A stretch of 64,000 bases of DNA, from positions 86,575-150,574 of the forward strand of contig CAZSXM010000003.1 in NCBI GenBank assembly GCA_964610435.1, read 5' to 3'. The translations under genes were made by a program, and so were the position numbers. Positions 51,587-60,516 of the stretch are shown piece by piece (the stretch's first letter is position 1; every line of letters begins with the position of its first letter). The stretch comes from an uncultured Pirellulales bacterium. Lineage in GTDB: Bacteria; Planctomycetota; Phycisphaerae; Sedimentisphaerales; Anaerobacaceae. A model generated the notes under the pieces. That model saw only the letters and a list, made by a program, of their open reading frames with translations. It searched no databases and was not told where the DNA came from.

Positions 51587-53266
51587 CTACTTGACGAACT
51601 GTTCGACGAAGTACCTGGCGCTGAGCGGCTCGCCCGTGGCGCGTTCGATCATGGTGTTCCAGTGATAGACGTTGCCGGCCTCGAAGACGTTCCTCCGGAG
51701 GAACCGGCCGGCCCTCTCCCTGCCGACGTAACTGATGTCACGATCGTCCCGGATCCTGAGCACCTTCGTGGCGAGGTGATGGTGCAGTTGCGAGGCGAGC
51801 AATTCACCGAGCATGTAGTTGTGGTAGTAGCAGGGGGCGATGGCGAAGTGAATCTTGGCGGCCCAGTCCGGCTCGTGACGCCTGGGCGGACGCTGGACGA
51901 GCTGGTACTTCTCGACGAGGTCCCACCACAGGGCGTTGAGATCTTGGTCCGGATTGGCGTAAAGCTGCTTCTCGAAGGCGTACATCACCATCGCCCACCG
52001 CGCGAAGATCAACTGCTTGAGCTGGGCGTATTTGTCGCTGACGGCGGCGATCTCGGCCGTCTGCGCGTCGGAGAGGTCTAGCATCGCCTGCATCCAGGCA
52101 GGGTTGCGGCTGAGCCGGCCGAAGAACATGGCGACCGCTTCGGTCGTGAACGCGTGCGCCGGCTCGCGCAGCAGGTAGGGCACGTCGGAATCCAGGTACA
52201 GATCGTAGACCCCGTGGCCCAGCTCGTGCAGCAACGTCTCCATCCAGGTCTCGTTGTTGACGAGGTTGCACAGGATGCGGACATCACCTTCGCGGTCGAT
52301 GTTGATACAGAAGGCGTGCGGGTTCTTGCCTTCCTTCTCGTACAGATCGCTCCGCGCCAGGATCGAATCGACGCCCAGTCCGATGCCGGCGAAGAACGTC
52401 TCGGCCAATTCCAGGATGTCCCTGTCGGCGTAGAAGACGTCGAGGTCCAGGCTGTAGACCATCGGCGTCTCCTGGAAGAACGGGTCGTGATAGTCCCAGG
52501 GCATCATCTCTTTGACGCTGATGTAGTATCGGCTCGCCAGACTGCGGTCGAGATCGGCCTTGAGCCGGGCGAACGGTTCGTTGGTCAGCTCGTACAGCTC
52601 GTCGAAGAGCCGGTCCAGGTCGTTGACATCCTGCTCGCCCACCGTCAGGGCCAAAGTGTGGTAGTTGTCGAAGCCCAGCGTCCGGGCCGCCTCGTTGCGC
52701 AGTTTGACCAGCCGAATCAGGTCGGTCGATACCGCGCGCCCCACCTGCTTGCTTGCCTCCCACGCCTGACGACGCACGACGCGGTTGGTCTGGTCCTTGA
52801 GAATGCCCTTGATCTCGTTGTCGGTGACTGTCTCGCCGTCGAGGGTGGCCCGGAACGTACTGAAGTTCTTCTCGATCTCAGTGCTGAGTCTGACGATTCG
52901 CCCGAGTAGGTCCGGCTCAATCTGGTTGGCCAGGTAGGCCTGGTAAAGCACGTCGAGTTGCCGTGCCAGCAGCCGGTCGCGAACGCCGCCCGAGTCCCGC
53001 AGCGCCTTGAGGAAAGCGAAGCTGTCGGGGTTGCTGTAAATCCTGCGAACCTGCAGCGTCAGCTCGCCGGCCAGCTCGTAGGCGGCCGCATCGCCCGTGA
53101 CGGCGGCGTTCCATGAGGCCAGCGCCGCCTCTTTTTGCAGTGGCTGGACCTTCGCGACGTGGTTGCTGACGAACAGATGCAAGTCTTGCTCCTTCTTATT
53201 CAACCCGCAGCCGCACAGGGCCACAGCAACCAACAGCAGCATCAACGTTCTACACGATCGTTCCAT
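51587..53266 (-). CDS. Lipoprotein M2/M3-like zinc peptidase (peptidyl-dipeptidase A-like)
   Basis: Lipobox ALCGC; HELGH; downstream TEAVAMFF; HF..APCYYHNY.LG. Confidence 0.85.
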   Translation of the reverse strand: MERSCRTLMLLLVAVALCGCGLNKKEQDLHLFVSNHVAKVQPLQKEAALASWNAAVTGDAAAYELAGELTLQVRRIYSNPDSFAFLKALRDSGGVRDRLLARQLDVLYQAYLANQIEPDLLGRIVRLSTEIEKNFSTFRATLDGETVTDNEIKGILKDQTNRVVRRQAWEASKQVGRAVSTDLIRLVKLRNEAARTLGFDNYHTLALTVGEQDVNDLDRLFDELYELTNEPFARLKADLDRSLASRYYISVKEMMPWDYHDPFFQETPMVYSLDLDVFYADRDILELAETFFAGIGLGVDSILARSDLYEKEGKNPHAFCINIDREGDVRILCNLVNNETWMETLLHELGHGVYDLYLDSDVPYLLREPAHAFTTEAVAMFFGRLSRNPAWMQAMLDLSDAQTAEIAAVSDKYAQLKQLIFARWAMVMYAFEKQLYANPDQDLNALWWDLVEKYQLVQRPPRRHEPDWAAKIHFAIAPCYYHNYMLGELLASQLHHHLATKVLRIRDDRDISYVGRERAGRFLRRNVFEAGNVYHWNTMIERATGEPLSARYFVEQFVK

Positions 53267-53278
53267 CGTTGCATCTCC

Positions 53279-53297
53279 GCATGGGCGAAGGCCCATC
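53279..53297. repeat. REP-like palindrome, copy 3
   Basis: gc-atgggc-gaag-gcccat-c, between the tricorn stop and the M2 start. Confidence 0.45.
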
Positions 53298-53326
53298 GTA
53301 GGTGATCTCGAATCTGCAATCGGCTA

Positions 53327-56300
53327 TTATTGTCGGCCCGAGCGGTCGGGATACGCCGGTCTCTGAGGCCGCTTGGGTGGTTGCTTCTCCAGCAGTCGCA
53401 GCGCGACCGCAATGGCCGTTTCGAGTTGAGGGTCGCCGCCGGCCGCCATCGCATCCGGGACGTTCTCGACTTCGTAGTCCGGGTCCACGCCGTAGCCTTC
53501 GATGTTCCATTGGCCGTCGGTGTCGTAGATGCCGAAAGTCGGCACAGTGACCGAGCCACCGTCGATCGGCCGCGGGTTGCCGCTCATGCCGATCAGCCCG
53601 CCCCAGGTCCGCGTGCCGACGAGCGGCCCCAGGCCCGCCCTGCGGAAGTAGTGGGGGAAGGCGTCGCCGCCGGAGCCTGACCAGCCGTTGATGAGCATGA
53701 CCTTCGGTCCGGCGTGGCTCAGGAAGGGCGTTTGCCAGTCGCGGTTGTCCCGGCGGGCCCAGTAGTTGTAGATCGGGCGGTTCAGGAGCTCGATGAAGCG
53801 GTCGGGGATCTGCCCGCCGCCGTTGAAACGCTCGTCGATGATCAACGCGTCCTTGGTCCACTGCCCTGTGAACTGGCGGACCAGTTCGTTCTGGCCGTTC
53901 TGGCCGGTGTCGGGGACGTAGATGTAGCCGACTCGACCCTGCGTGGCCGCCTCGACCTTCTCGCGGTTGTCCTGAATCCAGGCGAGGTTGCGAAGGCGAA
54001 ACTCGCTGCCCATCGGCTCGACGAGGATATCGTTGGCGTCGTTGACGTCGGGCGTGCGGCCGATCGTCAATGTCACGGTCTGCCCGGCCAGGCCCTGGAA
54101 GGCGGCCCACGGGTCCTTCGACGTGTCCATCGGCCGGCCGTTGATCGCCAGCAGATAGTCGCCTTCGTTGACATCGACGCCCGGCGCCCGCAGCGGCGAG
54201 CGCGGCTCGGCGTTCCACTTGGCGCCCTCGTAGATCTTCGCGATGCGATAGGCGTTGTGCTCGGTGTCGAGCTCGAAGTTGCAGCCCAGCAGACCGACGT
54301 TCAGCCGGGGCGGCGACTCGATGTCACCCCCGGAGACGTAGGTGTGCGAGGCATTCAGCTCGGCGATCATCTCGCCGATGATGTAGTTGAGGTCTTCGCG
54401 ACTGGCCAGGTAAGGCAGCAGAGCGCCGTAGCGCTGTTTCATCGCCTCCCAGTCCACCCCGTGCATGTTCGGATCGTAGAAGTAGTCCCGCTGAACGCGC
54501 CAGGCCTCGTGGAAGATCTGCCGCCACTCCTCGCGCGGGTCGATCCAGGCCTTGAGGTTGCCCGAGTCGATCTTGCCGTCGCCGACCTTTTTGCCGGCGG
54601 CCACGTCGATGATGCCGTAGGTCGAGCGGCTCCTGTAGAGGATCTTCTTGCCGTCGGCCGAGAGATCGTAGCTGTTGATGTTGTCGATAACGGTCTTCTC
54701 CTCGCGCTCCTTCAGATTGTAGTAGAGCAGCGTCCCGCCCGGCGTGCCCGCCCGGCGGGCCCCGGTCGGCATGAACCGTGCGAACAGCAGCTTGCCCTTG
54801 ACCGACGCCAGAGCGCCGAAGTTGCCCGCCTGGATCGGCAGCACGACCACACGCTGCTCGAAGCCGTCGAAGTCGATCTTCACCGGCTCAGGAGCATCCT
54901 TCTTCTTGGTGTCTTTGTCCTTCTTGTCTTCCTTGGCCGGCTCTTTCGGCTCGTCGTCGCCTTGGCCCGGCTCGTTGGGGTCTTTGGGTTCGTTCGGGTC
55001 GGCCGCCTCGTCTGTCTTCTTGTCGTCGCCGTCGTCTTTCGGTTTGTCTTCGGCCTCGTCGTCCTTCTTGATCTCCTCCTCATCGCTGCGCGGCGCCAGC
55101 GGGCTGGGGGTGTCCTTGGCCAGCGTCACGGCGAACAACTGTGTCGAGTTCGGATAGATCCAGGTCCAGTCCATATCGCTGTAGACCGGCTGGAAGTGGC
55201 GGTTCGAGCGGAAGAACAGGTACTTGCCCTCGACGTCGAAGACGGGCGAGCCGTCGTCGTAGAAATCGCTGGTCACCTGGCGGACCGTCTGGTCGTTGAC
55301 GTCGTAGATCATGATGTTGCCTTGGCGGTTGGCCCCATTCTTGGCATAGGCGAGCCAGCGGCTGTCGGGCGAAAAGGTGTAGGACGGCATCCGGCCCCAT
55401 TCGTCCTTGTCCACGAAGGTCACGGCGCCGTCGTTGACGTCGGTGACAAACAGGCTGCCCGTCTTGTCGCTGAAGGCGATGAGTTTGCTGTCGGGCGACC
55501 AGAGGGGGCTGTACCGGAAGGCCTCGCCGCCTTCGGTGACCTGCCTGGGCCGGCCCTTGCCGTCGCTGGGGTGCAGGTACAGCTCGTATTCGCCCGTTGT
55601 ATCGGCGAAATAGGCGATCCACTTGCCGTCGGGCGACCAGGCGGGATAGCGCTCGGCGACGCCCGAGGTGTTGCTCAGGTTGCGCACGCTGCCGTGCTTG
55701 GCGGGCACCGTGAACACCTCGCCGCGCGCCTCGAACAGGGCCCGCTGGCCCGTGGGCGACAGCGAAGCGTTCTGGATCAGGTTCGAGACGGTCTTCAGTT
55801 CGGTTCGCACGTGCGGCAGGTCGTCGGGCACGATCACCTCGATCGCCTGCGACTGCTCCGTCGCCAGATCGAGCAGATGGAGCCGGCCGGCGTTCTCGAA
55901 GACGATGGCGTCGGGCCCGAGGCTGGGCCACTTGACGTCGTATTCGTCGAAGTCGGTCACCTGCCGGAACCGCTTGCTCCGCAGCGAGTAGGCCCAGATA
56001 TTCAGCTTCTGGTTGGCGGCGCGGTCGGAGAGGAAGTAGATCGTGTCCCCATGCCACATTGGCACCGCGTCCGTGCCGGCGAAATCGGTGAGCTTCTCGG
56101 CGCTGTTGTTGAGGAAATCGTACAGCCACAGGTCGCTGGCCATGCCGCCGCGATAGCGCTTCCACGTGCGGAACTCGCGTGAGACGAACTGATAGACGAT
56201 CTGGCTGCCGTCGGGGCTGAACGAGCCCAGTTCGGCATAGGGCATGGGCAGCACTTGGGGCAGGCCGCCGTCGATCGACTGTCGGAAGAAGCGATTGAAG

Positions 56301-56719
56301 CGGCCCGAGGGACTGACCATCCCCGAGCGATAGAGTACGTGCTTGCCGTCGGGATACCACTCGACCATCAGGTCGGCGGCCGAATGGTGCGTCAGCCGGC
56401 GGGGCTGGCCGCCCTGAGCGCCGACCACGTAGACGTCGGTGTTGCCGTCGTAGTTGCCGCTGAAGGCGATCAACCGGCCGTCGGGCGAGAACTTGGGGAA
56501 CATCTCGTTGCCCTTGGGCGAGCTGAGCCGCCGGGCGGTACCGCCTTCTCTGGGCACGGTCCACAGATCGCCCGCATAAGAGAAGACGATCAACTCGGCG
56601 CTGACGTCAGGAAAACGCAGCATGCGGGCATCGGGCATGTGGGTCAGCTCGTCCAGGCCGGCTGCGACGCCCCCCAGCGACAACAACAGAATCAAAGCCA
56701 ATGCGGTCATGGTTTTCAT
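53327..56719 (-). CDS. Secreted tricorn protease (S41B)
   Basis: Signal peptide; beta-propeller SPDG repeats; ASHTY; PDZ; IDERFNGGG; SGSGGD; RTWGGLIG; GYGVDPD. Confidence 0.95.
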   Translation of the reverse strand: MKTMTALALILLLSLGGVAAGLDELTHMPDARMLRFPDVSAELIVFSYAGDLWTVPREGGTARRLSSPKGNEMFPKFSPDGRLIAFSGNYDGNTDVYVVGAQGGQPRRLTHHSAADLMVEWYPDGKHVLYRSGMVSPSGRFNRFFRQSIDGGLPQVLPMPYAELGSFSPDGSQIVYQFVSREFRTWKRYRGGMASDLWLYDFLNNSAEKLTDFAGTDAVPMWHGDTIYFLSDRAANQKLNIWAYSLRSKRFRQVTDFDEYDVKWPSLGPDAIVFENAGRLHLLDLATEQSQAIEVIVPDDLPHVRTELKTVSNLIQNASLSPTGQRALFEARGEVFTVPAKHGSVRNLSNTSGVAERYPAWSPDGKWIAYFADTTGEYELYLHPSDGKGRPRQVTEGGEAFRYSPLWSPDSKLIAFSDKTGSLFVTDVNDGAVTFVDKDEWGRMPSYTFSPDSRWLAYAKNGANRQGNIMIYDVNDQTVRQVTSDFYDDGSPVFDVEGKYLFFRSNRHFQPVYSDMDWTWIYPNSTQLFAVTLAKDTPSPLAPRSDEEEIKKDDEAEDKPKDDGDDKKTDEAADPNEPKDPNEPGQGDDEPKEPAKEDKKDKDTKKKDAPEPVKIDFDGFEQRVVVLPIQAGNFGALASVKGKLLFARFMPTGARRAGTPGGTLLYYNLKEREEKTVIDNINSYDLSADGKKILYRSRSTYGIIDVAAGKKVGDGKIDSGNLKAWIDPREEWRQIFHEAWRVQRDYFYDPNMHGVDWEAMKQRYGALLPYLASREDLNYIIGEMIAELNASHTYVSGGDIESPPRLNVGLLGCNFELDTEHNAYRIAKIYEGAKWNAEPRSPLRAPGVDVNEGDYLLAINGRPMDTSKDPWAAFQGLAGQTVTLTIGRTPDVNDANDILVEPMGSEFRLRNLAWIQDNREKVEAATQGRVGYIYVPDTGQNGQNELVRQFTGQWTKDALIIDERFNGGGQIPDRFIELLNRPIYNYWARRDNRDWQTPFLSHAGPKVMLINGWSGSGGDAFPHYFRRAGLGPLVGTRTWGGLIGMSGNPRPIDGGSVTVPTFGIYDTDGQWNIEGYGVDPDYEVENVPDAMAAGGDPQLETAIAVALRLLEKQPPKRPQRPAYPDRSGRQ

Positions 56720-56968
56720 CAGTTTGCCCTTTCCCCTCGACACATCATTTTGGCGTTCGTTCGTAGTGTGCCCGTCAGGGCATACCTCCTATAGAGACAG
56801 TAACGCCTTACGGCGTCACTACAAACCGGGACGCCCATCGTACCCGCCGGCCCGGCCTGAATCAAGGCCGCCGCCAAATGATCTGTCCGGCTCGCCTGGA
56901 TCGGCGAGACGATTTCTTCTTTGATGCCGGGGACGCCGGCCTGTACCATGACCGCCGGATTGTGCCCG

Positions 56969-56995
56969 GCAGGATGGGCTCTGAGCCCATCCTGC
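56969..56995. repeat. REP-like palindrome, copy 4
   Basis: Perfect 13-bp arms gcaggatgggctc-t-gagcccatcctgc. Confidence 0.6.
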
Positions 56996-57052
56996 GCCGG
57001 CGAGCGGGGACGCTCGCCCCACGTGAAAAAAGGCGATGAACCGAGGAACCTT

Positions 57053-58396
57053 ATGGCCAAACGTGAGTATCTGACCGCCCCGTTGCCGTCGGCGAAGATG
57101 CCCGCCGGCATCCCGTACATCCTGACCAACGAGGCGGCCGAGCGATTCGCCTTCTACGGCATGAGCTCCATCCTGGTCGTGTTCATGACGAAGTATCTGA
57201 TGGGAAGCGACGGCGTCCTGTCCGTTATGGGCGACGAGCAGGCCAAGAAATGGTTCCACCTGTTCACCGCCGCCGTCTACTTCACGCCGTTGCTCGGCGC
57301 GTTGCTCAGCGATGTCTGGCTGGGCAAGTATCGTACGATCGTGATCTTCTCCATCGTGTACTGCGTGGGCTTTGCGGCGATGGCGTGGGACCACACGCGG
57401 GTCGGTCTGGGCCTGGGCCTCGTGCTGATCGCGCTGGGCTCCGGCGTCATCAAGCCGTGCGTCTCGGCCAACGTGGGCGACCAGTTCGGCCAGAGCAACA
57501 AGCACCTGATCTCGAAGATGTATAGCTGGTTTTACTTCTCCATCAATCTGGGCGCCTGCATCTCGATGCTGGCTTGTCCCTGGCTGCTGAACAGGTACGG
57601 CCCGGGCGTCGGGTTCGGCGTCCCGACGGCCCTGATGGTGTTCGCGACCGTGGCATTCGTGGCCGGAAAATGGAAATACGTCCACATCCCCCCGGCCGGC
57701 GAGAGAATCGTCCGCGAGGTGCTCCAGAAAGAGACGCTGAAGATCCTGGCCCGTCTGTGTGTGATCTTCGTGTTCGTCTCCATGTTCTTCGCGTTGTTCT
57801 ATCAGTCGCAATCGGCCTGGGTGCTGCAAGCCGAGAAGATGAATCTCCGCTGGCTGGGCATCAACTGGCTGCCCGCACAGGTTCAGTTCGTCAACTCGTT
57901 CTACATCATCCTGATGATCCCGCTGTTCAGCTACGCGATCTATCCGGCTCTGAATCGCGTGTTCCCGCTGACGCCGCTGCGCAAGATCGGGATCGGTATG
58001 TTCGTCACCGCGCTGTGCTTCGTCGTGCCGGCGTGGGTCGAGATCGAGATCGCCAAAGGCGCCAGTCCGAGCATCGGCTGGCAGTTCTTCGCCTACGTGC
58101 TCCTGACGGCCGGCGAGATCCTCGCTTCCATTCCTGTCCTGGAGTTCGCTTACACCCAGGCGCCGAAGAAGCTCAAGACCTTCGTGATGAGCCTGTATCT
58201 GCTGGCGATCTCGCTGGGCAACGTCTTCTCGGCCCTGGTGAACCATTTCATTCAGAATGCCGATGGTTCGAGCAAGCTGCCCGGTGCCAGCTACTACTGG
58301 TTCTTCGCCGGGGCGATGCTGGTGACTCTGGTGCTGTACATCCCCGTCGCCATGCTCTATCCGGTCAAGGAATACATTCAGGACGAGAAGGCGTAA
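57053..58396 (+). CDS. POT/PTR-family proton-dependent di-/tripeptide transporter
   Basis: ExxERFxxYG (EAAERFAFYGM), GSGVIKP.VS..VGDQF, FYFSINLG, EFAYTQAP. Confidence 0.95.
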   Translation: MAKREYLTAPLPSAKMPAGIPYILTNEAAERFAFYGMSSILVVFMTKYLMGSDGVLSVMGDEQAKKWFHLFTAAVYFTPLLGALLSDVWLGKYRTIVIFSIVYCVGFAAMAWDHTRVGLGLGLVLIALGSGVIKPCVSANVGDQFGQSNKHLISKMYSWFYFSINLGACISMLACPWLLNRYGPGVGFGVPTALMVFATVAFVAGKWKYVHIPPAGERIVREVLQKETLKILARLCVIFVFVSMFFALFYQSQSAWVLQAEKMNLRWLGINWLPAQVQFVNSFYIILMIPLFSYAIYPALNRVFPLTPLRKIGIGMFVTALCFVVPAWVEIEIAKGASPSIGWQFFAYVLLTAGEILASIPVLEFAYTQAPKKLKTFVMSLYLLAISLGNVFSALVNHFIQNADGSSKLPGASYYWFFAGAMLVTLVLYIPVAMLYPVKEYIQDEKA

Positions 58397-58422
58397 TTCC
58401 CTCCTGTCCCGTGTCGTCAGTG

Positions 58423-58444
58423 GTAGGATGGGCTTCAACCCATG
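58423..58444. repeat. REP-like palindrome, copy 5
   Basis: GTAG-gatgggc-ttca-acccatg, after the POT stop. Confidence 0.5.
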
Positions 58445-58469
58445 CGGCTGATACTCGTTCTCTTGGGAG

Positions 58470-59861
58470 GTGATCGTGACCGGACGAACGATGGGATCTG
58501 TTGTTGCGTTGTTGTTCGTTGCTTCGTTCTATCGTGACGTGGCCGGGTCCATTCGGGCCGGCGCCGGTCGCGTCGATATCACGCCGCCGGTCGGTGTGTG
58601 GCTGTCGGGCTACGCGGCTCGCGACAAGCCGAGCGACGGCGTGCTCGACGAGCTGTGCGCCCGGGCGCTGGTCGTCGGAGACGGCAGCAACACGGTCGCC
58701 CTCGTGGCGGTCGATCTGCTGTGGGTCCCGCTGTATCTGACGAACCAGATTCGCGACATGGTGACCAGCCGGACGGGCATCCCCGGCTCGAACGTGATGA
58801 TCTGCGCCAGCCATACGCACTTCGGCCCGAGGATCTACCGCCGGACGAAGCTCGGCCCCGACGCCGAGGACAACCGCGTCGACAACGCCTACGTGCAGGT
58901 GCTCGCCAGGAAGATCGCCGACGCCGTCTACCTCGCCCACAACGACCTACGCGAGGCCCGGCTGGGTTCCGGCCAGGCCGAACTGGCCGAGGTCACGTAC
59001 CACCGCCGCCCGAAGAACGCCGATGGGTCCGTCACGATGGCCTTCAGCCTGCCCGATGAGGTCCTCGCGACGCGACAGATTGTCCGCGAGCCGGACGGCG
59101 CGACGCGCGTGACGTTCCGCTATCCTGATGGCCAGCCCCAACGGACATTCGGCCCCATCGATCCGCAGGTCTGGACGCTCCGCGTCGAGGACGCCGAGGG
59201 CAAGTTGCTCGCCTCGATGGTCAACTTCGCCTGCCACGCGGTCAGCGGCAGCGCCGATCCCAACGGCTTCTACTCGATCTCGGGCGACTATCCGGGCGAG
59301 ACGGCCCGGGTGGTCGAGCGGATCGAGGGCGGTGTGTGCCTGTTCACGTCGGGGGCCGCCGGGGACATCGTCCCGCTGCGGCGGGGCCTCGAACCGCGCC
59401 GTCAGATCGGCCGCGCCGTAGCCGGGGCGGCGGTGCGCGGGCTCCAGTTCGTGCCGATATCGGATACGATCACGGTCGAGGCCCGGACGATGGCCGTCGA
59501 GCTATCCCTCAAGGAAGAACCGGCCGGCAATCGCATCGTCGAAACCGACGCAGACCAAGGACTGCTCACGACGGAAATCCAACTCCTGCGGCTCGGCGAT
59601 GTCTACCTGCTTGGCCTGCCGGGCGAGATCCTCGTCGAGATCGGCCTGGAGATCAAGAGACGTTCGCCCGTCGAGCGGCTGATTGTCGCATCGCTGAGCA
59701 ACGACGTCATCGGCTACGTCTGCCACGCCGACGCCTACGACGAAGGTGGCTACGAGCCGGTCGCCGGGAGCAACCTCGCCAAAGGCGCAGGCGAGCTTCT
59801 CATCGAGCGCGCCCTCGAACTGATTGACGCGATGCAGCCGCAGGCCAAAGCCGGCCGATAG
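58470..59861 (+). CDS. Neutral/alkaline ceramidase N-terminal-domain family hydrolase
   Basis: GAGRVDITPP, LSGYAAR, CASHTHFGP, NFACHA, ISGDYPG, PGEILVEIG, GY......YDEGGYE. Confidence 0.82.
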   Translation: MIVTGRTMGSVVALLFVASFYRDVAGSIRAGAGRVDITPPVGVWLSGYAARDKPSDGVLDELCARALVVGDGSNTVALVAVDLLWVPLYLTNQIRDMVTSRTGIPGSNVMICASHTHFGPRIYRRTKLGPDAEDNRVDNAYVQVLARKIADAVYLAHNDLREARLGSGQAELAEVTYHRRPKNADGSVTMAFSLPDEVLATRQIVREPDGATRVTFRYPDGQPQRTFGPIDPQVWTLRVEDAEGKLLASMVNFACHAVSGSADPNGFYSISGDYPGETARVVERIEGGVCLFTSGAAGDIVPLRRGLEPRRQIGRAVAGAAVRGLQFVPISDTITVEARTMAVELSLKEEPAGNRIVETDADQGLLTTEIQLLRLGDVYLLGLPGEILVEIGLEIKRRSPVERLIVASLSNDVIGYVCHADAYDEGGYEPVAGSNLAKGAGELLIERALELIDAMQPQAKAGR

Positions 59862-59903
59862 CTCCGCGTACGGTGATCCGCGAATGACCTCGGATCGCGG
59901 AGC
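59861..59903. terminator. Interrupted hairpin between convergent genes
   Basis: gctccgc/gcggagc plus gatccg/cggatc. Confidence 0.4.
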
Positions 59904-59918
59904 AGCGCCATTGGCTCG

Positions 59919-59953
59919 AATCCGCAATCCGAAATCACCAACCCGCAATCCAG
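59919..59953. repeat. Five tandem degenerate heptamers (consensus AATCCGC)
   Basis: aatccgc aatccga aatcacc aacccgc aatccag. Confidence 0.7.
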
Positions 59954-59969
59954 ATGGCCCGCCGGTAGC

Positions 59970-60365
59970 TCAGCTCACCGCGATCGGCTTGCTCGATTCC
60001 CACAGGCCGTGGATGTTGCAGTAGGCCAGTGCGTGCAGTACGCCCGGCTTGGCGATCTTCAGGGTCGCCGTCGCCTCGTGGTGTGTGTATACCGGCCCCT
60101 GGTTCGGTCCTTCGGCCGATTCGCCGTGCGCGTTGAACTCGATGTGGGCGACCTCGTGGGCGAACTTGCCGCCCTCATCGTGGTAGTACAGGGTAATCCA
60201 GCGAATGTGATGCTCGGTCGTGTTCGGGTGGGCTACTTCCTTGCCCAGCGTGACCTTCGCCTGGAAGATGTCATTGGCCTTGACCGATTCCGGGCACTCG
60301 ATCACGGGCACGTGCTTTTCCTTTTTCCAGTCTGCCTTCTGGATGTGTTCGCTAAGGTTCCCCAT
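59970..60365 (-). CDS. Superoxide reductase (neelaredoxin / class II SORL)
   Basis: EKHVP, HPNTTEHHI, CNIHG iron ligands. Confidence 0.92.
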   Translation of the reverse strand: MGNLSEHIQKADWKKEKHVPVIECPESVKANDIFQAKVTLGKEVAHPNTTEHHIRWITLYYHDEGGKFAHEVAHIEFNAHGESAEGPNQGPVYTHHEATATLKIAKPGVLHALAYCNIHGLWESSKPIAVS

Positions 60366-60516
60366 CGCTTGGTACTCCTTTGCCTGAGTTTCTGTTTCCA
60401 TGCACCTTGCACAAGGCCATACGGCACACTGTACGCCCGCATACCCCTTGGAGTTTGGTATTTTTCCCAAGCACTTGGACAGGATCTCGCAGTTCCGTGC
60501 CCGTGTCGGCCTTGCG

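Noticed and set aside
56775-56790. AGGAGGT immediately followed by ATG-CCC-TGA upstream of tricorn (minus strand)
   Set aside because: Zero SD-to-start spacing makes initiation unlikely.
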